Source of the DNA: Bdellovibrionales bacterium
Lineage (GTDB): Bacteria > Bdellovibrionota > Bdellovibrionia > Bdellovibrionales > UBA1609
Length of the DNA: 64,000 nucleotides
Reading direction: 5' to 3'
Assembly: GCA_007121385.1 (NCBI GenBank)
Contig: SKLV01000017.1
Span: 6,583-70,582, forward strand
The notes beneath the pieces are model-generated. The model was not told the origin of the DNA. It ran no database searches and saw nothing but the letters and a program-made list of their open reading frames with translations. Positions 1 through 11,567 of the stretch are shown one piece after another. Position 1 is the first letter of the stretch. Every line of letters begins with the position of its first letter. A program made the position numbers and the translations under genes.

Positions 1-753
1 GGCCGGGGGGGAGGCTCCATTGAAGATCTTTGGGCCTTCAATGACGAAGCTGTGGCCAGAGCCATTGCCGCCCACCCTGCGCCAGTGATCTCCGCCGTCG
101 GTCATGAGGTGGACTTCACCATTGCGGATTTTGTGGCTGACTTAAGGGCACCCACTCCTTCGGCTGCCGCTGAGGTGGTGGTGAAGAGTGCGGCGGAGCT
201 GGGCGAGAGAGTGACTACCTTGGAGCGGAGTTTGATCCGCTCCCTTCAACAGCTCTTGCGCTTGGAGAGGCAAAGACTTTCAGGTTTAGAGCGCCACTTG
301 GTGGACCCTCGACGGCGCCTCCAGGACTTAATCATGCGCTTAGACGAGTTGCGCCTGCGTCTGGAGGGAGCGTGTTTTCGCCATCTGGCCCAGCGCCGGG
401 CCCATGTTGAATTGATCCGCCATCGCCTGGGCTCTCCTCTGGAGCGCCTTCGCTGGCAGGGGCAAAAGGTAGAGAAACTGAAATTGGAGTTGAGCAATCA
501 AGCTCTTCGTGGCCTGGAGGCCCGGCGCAGCCGCTGGAGGAGTGCCAGTGCCGTGCTGGAGAGTTTGAGTCCACTGAAAGTGGTGGAGAGAGGTTACTCC
601 ATTGTGAGCAGCACCCAACATCGGGTGATTAAAGAGGTCAGCCAAATCAGTGTGGGTGAGAGTCTAGACATTCGCTTTGCCCGAGGGGGAGCCCAGGTTC
701 AAGTGATGCAGATTAAAGGAGAAAAAAATGGCCAAAGAAACGATGAACTTTGA
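1..753 (+). CDS. xseA: Exodeoxyribonuclease VII large subunit, C-terminal part (5' end outside window)
   Basis: Frame 1 is open from nt 1 ([39 protein letters not shown]). A long coiled-coil tail follows. xseB overlaps its end, the usual arrangement. Confidence 0.85.
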   Translation, partial: GRGGGSIEDLWAFNDEAVARAIAAHPAPVISAVGHEVDFTIADFVADLRAPTPSAAAEVVVKSAAELGERVTTLERSLIRSLQQLLRLERQRLSGLERHLVDPRRRLQDLIMRLDELRLRLEGACFRHLAQRRAHVELIRHRLGSPLERLRWQGQKVEKLKLELSNQALRGLEARRSRWRSASAVLESLSPLKVVERGYSIVSSTQHRVIKEVSQISVGESLDIRFARGGAQVQVMQIKGEKNGQRNDEL

Positions 754-994
754 AAAAAAATTGGGACGTCTTGAGGAGATTGTTCAGGAAATGGAAAAGG
801 GAGAGCTTTCTCTTGAGGACTCCCTAAAAGTTTTTGAGGAGGGGGTAAAGCTCTCTCGAGAGTGTCACACTCAACTGAATGAGGCTGAGCAGAAAGTCCA
901 AATGCTTTTGAAGGTGGACAGTGAGGGACAAGTCGTGACGGAAGAGTTTTTAACAGAAGATATGAATAGCGATGGGGAAAATGGCCGTGATTGA
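728..994 (+). CDS. xseB: Exodeoxyribonuclease VII small subunit
   Basis: 88 aa. [41 protein letters not shown] is the ExoVII-S helical signature. Overlaps xseA by 26 nt. Confidence 0.9.
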   Translation: MAKETMNFEKKLGRLEEIVQEMEKGELSLEDSLKVFEEGVKLSRECHTQLNEAEQKVQMLLKVDSEGQVVTEEFLTEDMNSDGENGRD

Positions 995-1847
995 GTCCTT
1001 GGAAGCGACTTTTTCGCGGGAGGTGGAGTGGGTTGAAACCCATCTTGGCGAGATGTTGGCCGATTGGCCACCCATACCTGATCCGGGCTTTGAAAAGCTG
1101 AAAGAATCGGTCACCTACTCACTGATGTCAGGGGGCAAGCGGTTTCGTCCGGTGCTGTCTTTGTTGACAGCTGAAGCTCTGCAATTGCCCAAAGCTCGGG
1201 CCCTGCCCTGGGGCTGTGCTTTGGAGATGATCCACACTTACTCTTTGATTCACGACGATCTTCCTTTAATGGATAACGATGATTACCGTCGTGGCAAGCC
1301 TACCAATCACAAAGTGTTTGGCGAGGCCATGGCTCTTTTGGCCGGCGATGCTCTGCTCACGGAAGCTTTTTATTGGATTGCCAGAAGTTATGCGGCGGAG
1401 CCCACTCTGCTGAGTTCACTCACCTTGATGTTGTCTCGCTCTGCGGGACTGAGGGGTATGGTGGCCGGCCAAGCTCTGGATATTGAACCCCATCCTCAAC
1501 TGGACCCCTCAGGGGTTGAACGCTTGCACCGCCTCAAAACGGGGGCTTTGATTGAGGCCTCGGTTCAGGGGGTCGCCCTCATTGCTCAAAGCGAAGAGCC
1601 CATTCAAGAAGCCTTAAAGACCTACTCTCAAAGCCTGGGCTTGGCCTTTCAGGTGGCGGATGACCTTTTAGACTACGATGTGGACAACCCAGAGCCTGTG
1701 AGCCTGGTGGGAGTTATGGGAGTTAGAGAATCCAGAGCCTTTCTTGAAAAACTCGTGGATGAATCTTTGCGCAGCCTTAAAAAGTTACCAGGCCCTACCG
1801 ACAGCTTACAGCAGCTGGCCCTGTTTAATTTAACCCGAGTGAAGTGA
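972..1847 (+). CDS. ispA: Farnesyl-diphosphate (polyprenyl) synthase
   Basis: Both Asp-rich motifs are present (LIHDDLPLMDNDDYRRGKPT; FQVADDLLD). Shows the classic xseB-ispA linkage. Confidence 0.9.
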   Translation: MGKMAVIESLEATFSREVEWVETHLGEMLADWPPIPDPGFEKLKESVTYSLMSGGKRFRPVLSLLTAEALQLPKARALPWGCALEMIHTYSLIHDDLPLMDNDDYRRGKPTNHKVFGEAMALLAGDALLTEAFYWIARSYAAEPTLLSSLTLMLSRSAGLRGMVAGQALDIEPHPQLDPSGVERLHRLKTGALIEASVQGVALIAQSEEPIQEALKTYSQSLGLAFQVADDLLDYDVDNPEPVSLVGVMGVRESRAFLEKLVDESLRSLKKLPGPTDSLQQLALFNLTRVK

Positions 1848-1876
1848 CCTTGTGGTCCAAGGCCCCTAAACCCTAA

Positions 1877-2470
1877 CTAAAGGTCTTGGGGGTTGTAATC
1901 CAAGTGTTTACTCATCAGTTGAGCCACTTTGTGCTGGTATTTAACCATGCACTGCTCGTTTTCCTCACTTTCTTGGTCAAGGTCTCCGCAGTCTCCCACA
2001 ATTTCATGAAAAAGTGCGGTACAGTCCTTCATGTAATCTGGGGCTTGAGTTTTAAATAGAGCTACAAGGGCGGTGAGTTCCGATTGGATGTGCTTCTGAA
2101 GTCCCAGGGCCTCACTTTCACTGAGATCCTCATTTTGTACCATTCCGGCTAAATCTAAAAAGCGCTGATCAATCTCTTCGGACAGAACCCATTGATCAAG
2201 ATTCTCTTCCCCCAGATCTCCTACATCCTCGCCCTCGGCCTGTAGTTCTCGGAGTAGCTTTTCAATGGCGAATTTGCCATGTTCCATGACTACGACGGGG
2301 AAGGCGTTGGCCACGCAGGCCATGGAGGCCTCGCTGCCGCTGCCTCCTCCAAGATTCAAGCCGATAAGTGAACCCATGCGGCCCGAGTAGGACCAGACGA
2401 GAGCTGCAGCCACTGCCGCAGAGAGGGCCACCAAAATAACAATCATATATTTGCGCTGGGCTCGAATCAT
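1877..2470 (-). CDS. Hypothetical membrane-anchored acidic protein
   Basis: 197-aa ORF with one N-terminal TM (MIVILVALSAAVAAALVW), then an acidic helical region with 4 Cys. No family recognised. Confidence 0.45.
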   Translation of the reverse strand: MIRAQRKYMIVILVALSAAVAAALVWSYSGRMGSLIGLNLGGGSGSEASMACVANAFPVVVMEHGKFAIEKLLRELQAEGEDVGDLGEENLDQWVLSEEIDQRFLDLAGMVQNEDLSESEALGLQKHIQSELTALVALFKTQAPDYMKDCTALFHEIVGDCGDLDQESEENEQCMVKYQHKVAQLMSKHLDYNPQDL

Positions 2471-2616
2471 AAACTTCTCCTAAAAGGTTCCTCTTCGAGG
2501 TTTTTGGGCATTCTGGATTTTCTGGCCATAGACTAACACTGCCTATTTGGCTTTAGAAGGCCTTTTTTATTCACAAAGATCGTCTGTGAGTGAATTTTAG
2601 TATAAACCTAAGCGGA

Positions 2617-3390
2617 ATGAGACTTGATCAATGGCTGGTTTTTCACAACTGGGCCCCTTCTCGGGCCAAGGCTCAGGAGCTGATTCGTCAGGGATCAGTG
2701 GAAGTGTTTGAGGGCGAAATGGGCTGGCAAGTGGTGGATAAAGTCAGCCATAAGCTTTCACCAGAGTTTTCAACTGACCATATTCGCCTTAAGTCGCAAG
2801 ATTTGTTGCGCTTCGTCTCCCGAGGTGGCCTTAAACTTGAGGCGGCCCTCAGGCATCTGGGAGTGGAGCCAAAAGGATGGACAGCTCTTGACGTGGGTCA
2901 GAGTACGGGAGGCTTTAGCGATTGTCTTTTGCAGGCTGGAGCCCTCAAAGTGGTGGGGGTGGACGTAGGGCAAGGGCAGCTGGAGGAGGCTCTTCAAAAA
3001 GACACTCGTGTGAGCCATTTTGAGCAGCTTCATGTGAAGGACTTGAAGAGCCATAAGGACTTCTTGTCTCATTGTCCTCCTCAGGGCTTTGACTTGGTGG
3101 TGATGGATCTTTCCTTTATCTCCTTGACCAAGGCACTCCCAGAAATCAGGCCTTTCATGAGTCCCTCAAACGGAAGGCTCTTGGCCCTTGTAAAACCTCA
3201 GTTTGAGGTGGGGCGCGAGGCCCTGACAAAAAAGGGAATGGTCAAAGATGATGGACTTTATGAGGTGGTGAGAGTAAAAATTATCCAAGTGGCGGAGGCC
3301 TTAAATCTGCAAGTCCTTGACTATTTTCCCAGCGCTCTCCCGGGAACTGAGGGCAATCAGGAGTTTTTCATTTATGCACAGACAACTTAA
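2617..3390 (+). CDS. tlyA: TlyA-family rRNA 2'-O-methyltransferase (hemolysin A-like)
   Basis: S4-like N-terminus (MRLDQWLV..RAKAQELIRQGSV) plus an FtsJ-type SAM motif (LDVGQSTGGFSD). ATG 2617 is preferred over the in-frame GTG 2590. Confidence 0.85.
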   Translation: MRLDQWLVFHNWAPSRAKAQELIRQGSVEVFEGEMGWQVVDKVSHKLSPEFSTDHIRLKSQDLLRFVSRGGLKLEAALRHLGVEPKGWTALDVGQSTGGFSDCLLQAGALKVVGVDVGQGQLEEALQKDTRVSHFEQLHVKDLKSHKDFLSHCPPQGFDLVVMDLSFISLTKALPEIRPFMSPSNGRLLALVKPQFEVGREALTKKGMVKDDGLYEVVRVKIIQVAEALNLQVLDYFPSALPGTEGNQEFFIYAQTT

Positions 3391-4381
3391 AATTGTGAGT
3401 CTTGTCCTTTTCTTGTTGTTGGCACAACTGGGCTGTGCTGGCCTGACAACTCGCGAGGATCTGCGCCAAAGAGACCGCGAGCGCCCACCAGGAGTCGGTG
3501 AGGTGAGTGATCCAAAGGATTCAAAAGCCGAGGGCCAGATTCCTGGGCCTGGGATCTCTGACCCCTTGGAGGAGCCGCTTCAGCCCTCACCTCCAGCCCC
3601 CGTTCAAATGCCCAAGGTGGGAGTGATATTCGGTCCCGGTGGGTTTAAGAGCTTTGCTCAGGCCGGAGTTTTAAAGGAGTTAGAGAGAGCCCGTATTCCC
3701 ATTGAGGCAGTGGTGGGACTGGAGTGGGGGGCTTTGGTGGCGGCCCTCTATGCACAAAACGGCCAGATCCATGAAGTGGAGTGGAAGCTCTATCGCATGG
3801 AGCAGTCAGACTTGCCGCAGCGAGGGGGGCTTTTGCGTCGGCGCAACGACAGTTTAGAGACCTTGGGCCCCTTTCTTAGTCGGCAATTTCAAGGACCCAA
3901 TAGCTCGATAGAGAGGGCAAAAATTCATTTTGCCTGCCCCAGCTTGTCTTTGCAGAGAGCTGGACTGAGGTGGCAAACTCGGGGCGGTTTTAAGGAAGCT
4001 TTGGAGAGATGCCTGCCCTTTCCTCCCCTCTTTCGGGCGCAGCAGCCCTCTTGGTCCGCAGCTGCTTTTGCCCTCCGCGAAGCGGTTGAGCACTTAAGGC
4101 AGCAGGGGGTGAATTTAGTAATCCTGATCAATGTACTGTCCCCGGGGGAGCTGGTCGGAGCGGAGAGTTTGCGAGAGGACTGGGCTTCTGCTATTCTCTG
4201 GCAGGAGCTGCGTCGAAGTCTGGCTGAGGCCCAGAGTTTGGAAGGGGTGCATGAGGTGATTGAGGTCAACACCGGGGCTTTTCCCATTCAAGACTTTGCC
4301 AACCGCAGGCAATTGGTTTCAGCTGGGGAGAGAGCGGGGCGGGCTGCAGCAAGAAGAATCGCCGACAAATACGGTTTTTAA
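3374..4381 (+). CDS. Patatin-like phospholipase-domain lipoprotein with the nucleophile Ser replaced (probably inactive)
   Basis: Signal/lipobox-like N-terminus (MHRQLKIVSLVLFLLLAQLGC). Patatin block VGVIFGPGGFKSFAQAGVLKELERARIPIEAVVGLEWGALVAALYA. GxSxG reads GLEWG (nt 3716-3730). Overlaps the tlyA end by 17 nt. Confidence 0.6.
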   Translation: MHRQLKIVSLVLFLLLAQLGCAGLTTREDLRQRDRERPPGVGEVSDPKDSKAEGQIPGPGISDPLEEPLQPSPPAPVQMPKVGVIFGPGGFKSFAQAGVLKELERARIPIEAVVGLEWGALVAALYAQNGQIHEVEWKLYRMEQSDLPQRGGLLRRRNDSLETLGPFLSRQFQGPNSSIERAKIHFACPSLSLQRAGLRWQTRGGFKEALERCLPFPPLFRAQQPSWSAAAFALREAVEHLRQQGVNLVILINVLSPGELVGAESLREDWASAILWQELRRSLAEAQSLEGVHEVIEVNTGAFPIQDFANRRQLVSAGERAGRAAARRIADKYGF

Positions 4382-4399
4382 CAAAGAGAGAATAAGAAG

Positions 4400-5716
4400 A
4401 TGAGAAAGCCTGAATTGGATATGCAGATCTTTAAGAGGCGGCGCCATCAAGTGGGTCAGGATATTCAGGGTTCCGCTTTGATTTTAGCCGCCAGTCCTGA
4501 GGCCATTCGCAATTTTGATGTGCACCACCCCTATCGCCAGGATTCAAACCTGTACTATCTCACCGGTTTTGAGGAACCTGAGTCCGTTCTGCTTCTTCGG
4601 CCAGGGCGAGATCCGGAAGCGGTTTTATTTGTTCGCTCCAAGGATGTTGAGAGAGAGACTTGGGATGGTTTTCGCTATGGTCCTGAGGGGGCCGAAGAGT
4701 ACTTTTTAGTTGATCGGGCCTATCCCATTCAGGATTTTGAAGAGAGAGCGGCCGAGCTTCTATTAGAGGTAGACCAAGTTTATTACAGTCAGTTTAGGGA
4801 TGTGGCCTTTGATCGCAGGCTCCAGGACACTCTACTGCGAGTGCAAACCCGGGCTCGGCGTTCAGGGCGGGGTCTTTTGCCTATTTTGGATGCCTATCCT
4901 CTTTTGGGTGAGTTTCGGCTGCGCAAGGACGATCACGAGCTCAAGATGATGCGGGAGTCGGCCGAAATTGCCGCTCAGGCCCATATTGAAGTGATCAAAC
5001 TCACATCTCCAGGTATCAATGAGCGGGCCCTCTATGGTCGTTTTCTCTATGAGATCATGGCGCGAGGGGCTTCGGGGCCCAGTTATCAGGGAATATTTGC
5101 CTCTGGGGCCAATGCCACCACTCTTCACTATGTCTTCAACGATCAAGAGTGTCGGGCTGGAGAGGTGATTTTGGTGGACGCGGGAGCTGAAGTCCATGGT
5201 TATGCTTCAGACATCACCCGGAGTTTTCCTGTTTCCAAACAGTTCACCTCGGCACAAAAAGAGCTCTACAATCAAGTTCTTGAGGTGCAGAAAAAGATCA
5301 TAGCTCTAATGCGTCCGGGAACTAATTACTCTCAGCTTCAGGAAACAACAGTTGCCGCCCTTGTCGAAGTGATGCTCGATCACAAGCTGCTCAAAGGCAG
5401 TCCGCAAGAAATTATTGAGAAGGGCAGTTATCGCAAATACTATCCTCATGGAGTGAGCCACTTTTTAGGTTTGGATGTGCACGATGCGGGAAAGACGGAG
5501 TTGGCCAAGGGCCAGGGCCGCCCCTTGGAGGAGAGGATGGTCCTGACAGTGGAGCCGGGGATTTACATTCCGGCTCAGGACCTTGAGGCCCCTCCAGAGC
5601 TGAGGGGTTTAGGCATCCGCATCGAAGATGATGTGCTGATCACAGCTGAGGGGCCGGAGGTCCTCACTCAGGGGGTTCCTAAGGAAGTCCATGAGATTGA
5701 GGCTTTGCGATCTTAA
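4400..5716 (+). CDS. pepP: Xaa-Pro aminopeptidase (M24B)
   Basis: 438 aa. Contains the M24B metal-ligand blocks VILVDAGAE, HGVSHFLGLDVHD, VEPGIY and IRIEDD. Confidence 0.9.
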   Translation: MRKPELDMQIFKRRRHQVGQDIQGSALILAASPEAIRNFDVHHPYRQDSNLYYLTGFEEPESVLLLRPGRDPEAVLFVRSKDVERETWDGFRYGPEGAEEYFLVDRAYPIQDFEERAAELLLEVDQVYYSQFRDVAFDRRLQDTLLRVQTRARRSGRGLLPILDAYPLLGEFRLRKDDHELKMMRESAEIAAQAHIEVIKLTSPGINERALYGRFLYEIMARGASGPSYQGIFASGANATTLHYVFNDQECRAGEVILVDAGAEVHGYASDITRSFPVSKQFTSAQKELYNQVLEVQKKIIALMRPGTNYSQLQETTVAALVEVMLDHKLLKGSPQEIIEKGSYRKYYPHGVSHFLGLDVHDAGKTELAKGQGRPLEERMVLTVEPGIYIPAQDLEAPPELRGLGIRIEDDVLITAEGPEVLTQGVPKEVHEIEALRS

Positions 5717-5750
5717 AAGCTCGGAAAACTCAGAAAACTAAGCCTTGTTC

Positions 5751-6518
5751 CTAGAGGTAACTGGTCCCTTCCAGGTAGTCATGGTGGAACCAAGAGCGCT
5801 CTTTTGCGATTTGGAGCATTTTGCGCTCTGTGGAAAAGTTTTCGTTGTCTGGGAGGCTAGCGGCCATGACCAAGCGCAAGGCTGACGAGCTCTCCAGAAG
5901 AGGGAGGTCTCCCTCCGTGTTGCCCGCACAGAAAAAGGCCTGCTGATGGCCGGTTCTCTCTTTAAGACCCTGAACTTTGCCCTCTCGGTAGGTGATAGAC
6001 CCCTCGGGCTCAGAGGTGATGAGTCCCTCCTTCACCTTGGTGCGAATGCCAATCACATTCTCCGGCTTCAAGCCCACTAAAGGGGCCGCAGGTTGAACGG
6101 CCCACTCAATGGAGGCGGTGACGATATAAACCTGCACTTGCCGAGAGAGAAGGTGATCGATGATGGATTTTGAGGCTTCAAAGACAGGAACAGGCTGAAT
6201 TTTCTCCACCGACTCCTGGGCCCAGCGCTGAACCTGCTCTAAGGGAAGGCCCGCATTGATCTGAGCCAGCCAGAGATAGGCAGCCTGAGGTGAGGCTTCC
6301 TCCTTCATTTTGTGATAGTGCTGCCAAGGATCTGGGGGCAGCCGGTCACCGAGACAGTGGTCTATTTGATATTGAAAAAAAGCCTCGCCCATGTCGGTGT
6401 TCCAAAGAGTGCCATCGGCATCAAAGGCGGCCACGGCCGGCTGCCCCTCCAGTTGATCTAGGGTCTGGTCAATGGAGTTCAAGATCTGGTGGAGTTTTTC
6501 TTCAGGAAAGGGGCTCAT
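5751..6518 (-). CDS. HAD-superfamily hydrolase, subfamily IB (SerB-like)
   Basis: DxDGT motif (AAFDADGTLW), a cap region, and C-terminal GNTEGD. Confidence 0.7.
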   Translation of the reverse strand: MSPFPEEKLHQILNSIDQTLDQLEGQPAVAAFDADGTLWNTDMGEAFFQYQIDHCLGDRLPPDPWQHYHKMKEEASPQAAYLWLAQINAGLPLEQVQRWAQESVEKIQPVPVFEASKSIIDHLLSRQVQVYIVTASIEWAVQPAAPLVGLKPENVIGIRTKVKEGLITSEPEGSITYREGKVQGLKERTGHQQAFFCAGNTEGDLPLLESSSALRLVMAASLPDNENFSTERKMLQIAKERSWFHHDYLEGTSYL

Positions 6519-6624
6519 GGAAGCTTCTCCTCGTTGTTTTGGCCGTGTATTGGCCGTTATGTCGCTGACCAGTAGCTTATCGGCTCACTGGACAAGCCCT
6601 TGGGCCTAAGGTAGGTAAGAGCCT

Positions 6625-7119
6625 ATGCCATCCCCCAATTCCACTCAATATCAATTTGTTGTTTTGAAGGCTGAAGATGCCCCGGCGGTTCTCAGGTTTG
6701 AGAGGGACCAATTGGAATCTCAGAACCTAGACCCCATTGAGCGTGAGCTTCTCTCTTGGCACTCTCCTTGGCGCCAGGAGTCTTTGGATCACTATTTGCC
6801 TTTGGGATGGAGCTTTGGGCTGTGGTCGGATTCGGGAGAATTAAGAGCTTATTTTTTAGCTCAACCTCTGTTATTTTTTCGGCAGATGACCCAGAGCCTT
6901 TGGGTTGAGCATATGGGCTTTCCGGCCCAAAAGCCCGAATTGGCCCTGTCGATGATGGACTTGGCCTACCGGCTAAGTCGGGAGAAGCATTTACAAAAAC
7001 TGTTACTGCCCCCCAGTGTTCCTCTAGACAAAATGGGCCCGGAGGTGGAGCGTTTGAACCCCCAGATGTTGAAAGAGGGATTCGTGGAGATCAAGACCTC
7101 AAAGTTAGAGGAGCTTTAA
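6625..7119 (+). CDS. Hypothetical protein
   Basis: 164-aa ORF. Its stop overlaps the glpD start (ATG at 7119). No family recognised. Confidence 0.45.
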   Translation: MPSPNSTQYQFVVLKAEDAPAVLRFERDQLESQNLDPIERELLSWHSPWRQESLDHYLPLGWSFGLWSDSGELRAYFLAQPLLFFRQMTQSLWVEHMGFPAQKPELALSMMDLAYRLSREKHLQKLLLPPSVPLDKMGPEVERLNPQMLKEGFVEIKTSKLEEL

Positions 7120-8834
7120 TGGCCTCAACCACCAACAAGTCAGAGGACGAAAGTTTTTCCTTCCGTGAGCGCACGGTTTATTTGGAGAACATGGCCGCTG
7201 GAGAAGTTTACGACCTAGTGATTATTGGGGGGGGAATCACCGGTGCCGGTGTGGCCCGGGATGCGGCCAGCCGGGGGATGAAAGTGGCCTTAGTGGAGGC
7301 CAAGGACTTTGCCTTTGGAACAAGCTCCCGCTCGACAAAGCTGATCCATGGAGGCATTCGCTATTTGGAGAACTTGGAGTTTGGTCTGGTCTTTGAGGCC
7401 TTGGCTGAGCGGCGACTGCTGTTTGAAATGGCCCCGCATCTAGTGCATCCCCTGCGCTTCGTCCTACCTCTCTATGAAGGAGGGCGAGTGGGCATGCTTA
7501 AAATGGGACTGGGGATGTGGCTCTACGATGCCCTCTCGCTCTTTGAAGCTCCAGAAATGCATCAAAGGCTTTCAAGAAAAGACGTTGAAGAGCAATACCC
7601 TGAGGTTCGCAGCCAAGGGCTACTGGGAGCTTACGCCTACTCAGATGCCTATATGGATGACGATCGCCTGGTTCTAGAGACCCTGCGTTCAGCGGCTCGA
7701 ATGGGGGCTCACTGTGTGAACTATGTGGAGGCCAAGGGCGCTGAGTTGGATCAGGGTCAACTGGTGGCCATTGAGTGTCGGGATGTATTGAGCGGGCAGA
7801 TTTTTCCCTTAAAAGGCCGTCACTTCATCAGCACTGTGGGGCCTTGGACCGACCAGTTGGGCCAAGAGCTTTTTGGACAGTGGAAAGAGCTCTTGCGTCC
7901 AACCAAAGGCATTCACCTCACTTTCATGCGGGACAGACTTCCCTTGAAGGAAGCGGTGGTGATGGTTGCCGATCAAGAAAAGCGAATTGTCTTTGCCGTT
8001 CCTCGCCACGAAATGGTCATTATCGGAACCACTGACACCAACTACCCGGGGCGGCCAGAGGATGTTCGCTCAGAGCGGGAGGATATCGACTATCTTCTCA
8101 ATGTGATCCATCACTATTTCCCAGGAGCGGGGATTCAGGAGTCCGACATTGTTGCCTCCTATGCCGGGGTCAGGCCCTTGGTAGATGACGGCTCGGAGAC
8201 CGAGAGCAAAACAAGTCGGGAACATCTTATTTTAAGTGACCCTCGCAATATCACTTTTGTCACCGGGGGCAAGTACACCACTTATCGGCGGATGGCCGAG
8301 GAGACAGTTCAGGTGGCTCTGGATCAGTTTCCAGTGGAGGACAAGGTGCGCTTTGCCCATGGGCAAAGCAAAGAGCCTCTCAACCCTTTGGTGACCGAGG
8401 AGAGTTTGCGCCGAGCGCTGAGGGAGGCCGATTCCTGGGCCGAGAGGGGCTACTTACCCGCCGAGCACTGTCATTGGTTGGCCGAGCGCCACGGACCTGA
8501 GGCCCTCAAGATTCTTTCCCGTAAAGGGCTGCTGGATAAGACTTGGGATGAAGAGCAGACTCTATGGGGACTCGAAGCCCTCCATGCCATTGAACAGACA
8601 ATGTGCTTGAGTTTGGAAGACTTTTATTTGAGACGCAGCCCCCTTTTTCTCTCCCGCCCCGATCATGGCTTTAGTTTGATGGAGGGCTTGGCCCAGATAT
8701 TTGCTCTGAGGCTCTCTTGGGACATCTCGGAGCAGCAAAAGCAGATTAACGCTGTGCATTCACATCTCTCCCGGGAGTTGGCTTGGAGAGAGAAAAGCCC
8801 CCCCTCAACCACTCAGCCCAACTTGTCGTATTGA
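7119..8834 (+). CDS. glpD: FAD-dependent glycerol-3-phosphate dehydrogenase
   Basis: GxGxxG motif (DLVIIGGGITGAGVARDAASRG) and SSRSTKLIHGGIRYLE. 571 aa with a C-terminal helical domain. Confidence 0.85.
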   Translation: MASTTNKSEDESFSFRERTVYLENMAAGEVYDLVIIGGGITGAGVARDAASRGMKVALVEAKDFAFGTSSRSTKLIHGGIRYLENLEFGLVFEALAERRLLFEMAPHLVHPLRFVLPLYEGGRVGMLKMGLGMWLYDALSLFEAPEMHQRLSRKDVEEQYPEVRSQGLLGAYAYSDAYMDDDRLVLETLRSAARMGAHCVNYVEAKGAELDQGQLVAIECRDVLSGQIFPLKGRHFISTVGPWTDQLGQELFGQWKELLRPTKGIHLTFMRDRLPLKEAVVMVADQEKRIVFAVPRHEMVIIGTTDTNYPGRPEDVRSEREDIDYLLNVIHHYFPGAGIQESDIVASYAGVRPLVDDGSETESKTSREHLILSDPRNITFVTGGKYTTYRRMAEETVQVALDQFPVEDKVRFAHGQSKEPLNPLVTEESLRRALREADSWAERGYLPAEHCHWLAERHGPEALKILSRKGLLDKTWDEEQTLWGLEALHAIEQTMCLSLEDFYLRRSPLFLSRPDHGFSLMEGLAQIFALRLSWDISEQQKQINAVHSHLSRELAWREKSPPSTTQPNLSY

Positions 8835-8920
8835 CTCTGCTTTTATCCCTACCTAGATTAATTGTAGCTCCCAGAGAGATGAGTAAAGAGACAGCAACAA
8901 TTTATCCAGTGCAGCCATAG

Positions 8921-10506
<1,586 letters not shown>

Positions 10507-10534
10507 CCCTACAATTTAGGCAGGAGAGAGTATT

Positions 10535-11521
10535 TTGAAAAAGAGACGAAAGCTCAGCCGATTTCTCTGCCAAGAAATGATGTACGACTATGTCAGTGGC
10601 CATCTAGATTCTGAGCGCCAAGAGGCTATGGATGAGTATTTGGCTGATTGTTCAGAGAGTCGGATGGAGTTGGCTGCCCTTCGTGAGGGCCTGACCTTTT
10701 GTCATGAGCTCTCGAAAGTCGAAGTGGCTCGTCCGGCTCTGGAGCAAATTAGGTCGAATAAAACCCTGTTTCAGCAGATGGTAGAGACCATGGACTGGCG
10801 AAAGTGGCCAGATATGGCTCGCTGGACAGCGGAGGCCTTTCTGATTTCTCTCGTCCTTGCCCTTATGGTTATTTTTATACCTTGGAATGACCTTCTTGAG
10901 TGGTCCGGTCGACGGACAAAAGAATTGGTTTTGGCTGAGGTAAAAGACTTACCCTCTGGCGAGTCTCAACAAGTGGAAGGTCCAGTTTCAGGGGAGACTG
11001 AAGAAGAAGGGGAGAAGTCGGAAGAGGATAGGGCATCGGCCTCTGAAGAGGTGGTCTCCTCTGAGCCAGCTTCCGAGCCAGCCGCTGAGCCACCTTCCGA
11101 AGCGGTGGCTTCGCCACCTGAGAAGGCAGAGGCCTCGGAGCCCGCTCTAAAGGGGGAGATCTACAGAGCCTTTATGAACTTGGCCAATGTGGATGAAGTC
11201 GCGGGATCGGTGACGGAGAAAATTGTCGCATTGGGAGGAGAAAAAGCCGGTGAGGTTCCCTTAGGCTGGATGCGACCCCAAGGAGCTTACTATCACTTCA
11301 CTTTGCCCGAGGCCAATTATGATGAGCTGGCCTCTGGTCTGCGCGGTATTGGTCCAGTCCGGATCTTCAAGAACCCTCACTGGAGAGTGATGCCTCCAGG
11401 GCAAATTCGTTTTATTCTGTGGTTGGAGCGGGTCGAAAAAGAGGAGCCTCCACCAAGTGAACCCAGCAGTGCAGCGACTGACGAAGTTTCGGAGGTACTA
11501 GCTCAAGACCCATCCCAGTAG
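10535..11521 (+). CDS. Putative membrane anti-sigma factor (degenerate zf-HC2)
   Basis: N-terminus CQEMMYDYVSGHLD..EYLADCSES (HxxxCxxC degenerated to YxxxCxxS). One TM (FLISLVLALMVIFIPW). Glu/Ser/Pro-rich linker. Lies directly after the sigma-like gene. Confidence 0.45.
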   Translation: MKKRRKLSRFLCQEMMYDYVSGHLDSERQEAMDEYLADCSESRMELAALREGLTFCHELSKVEVARPALEQIRSNKTLFQQMVETMDWRKWPDMARWTAEAFLISLVLALMVIFIPWNDLLEWSGRRTKELVLAEVKDLPSGESQQVEGPVSGETEEEGEKSEEDRASASEEVVSSEPASEPAAEPPSEAVASPPEKAEASEPALKGEIYRAFMNLANVDEVAGSVTEKIVALGGEKAGEVPLGWMRPQGAYYHFTLPEANYDELASGLRGIGPVRIFKNPHWRVMPPGQIRFILWLERVEKEEPPPSEPSSAATDEVSEVLAQDPSQ

Positions 11522-11567
11522 AGAGGAACTGTGGACCACTTTCTAAAAAAGAGTTTTTAAAGATTTA

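Noticed and set aside
2549-2568. Small hairpin GGCTT-taga-AGGCC followed by T6, between divergent genes upstream of tlyA. It could be an sRNA terminator or an attenuator.
   Set aside because: The stem is only 5 bp including a G-U pair. Nothing upstream needs terminating on this strand. It is indistinguishable from chance.
7227-7234. G8 homopolymer inside glpD. A second G8 sits at 26478-26485 in the S41 peptidase gene. Either could be a phase-variation tract.
   Set aside because: Both simply encode Gly-Gly(-Gly) within conserved motifs (IIGGGITG; QGGE), in frame, in housekeeping genes. There is no evidence of slippage.
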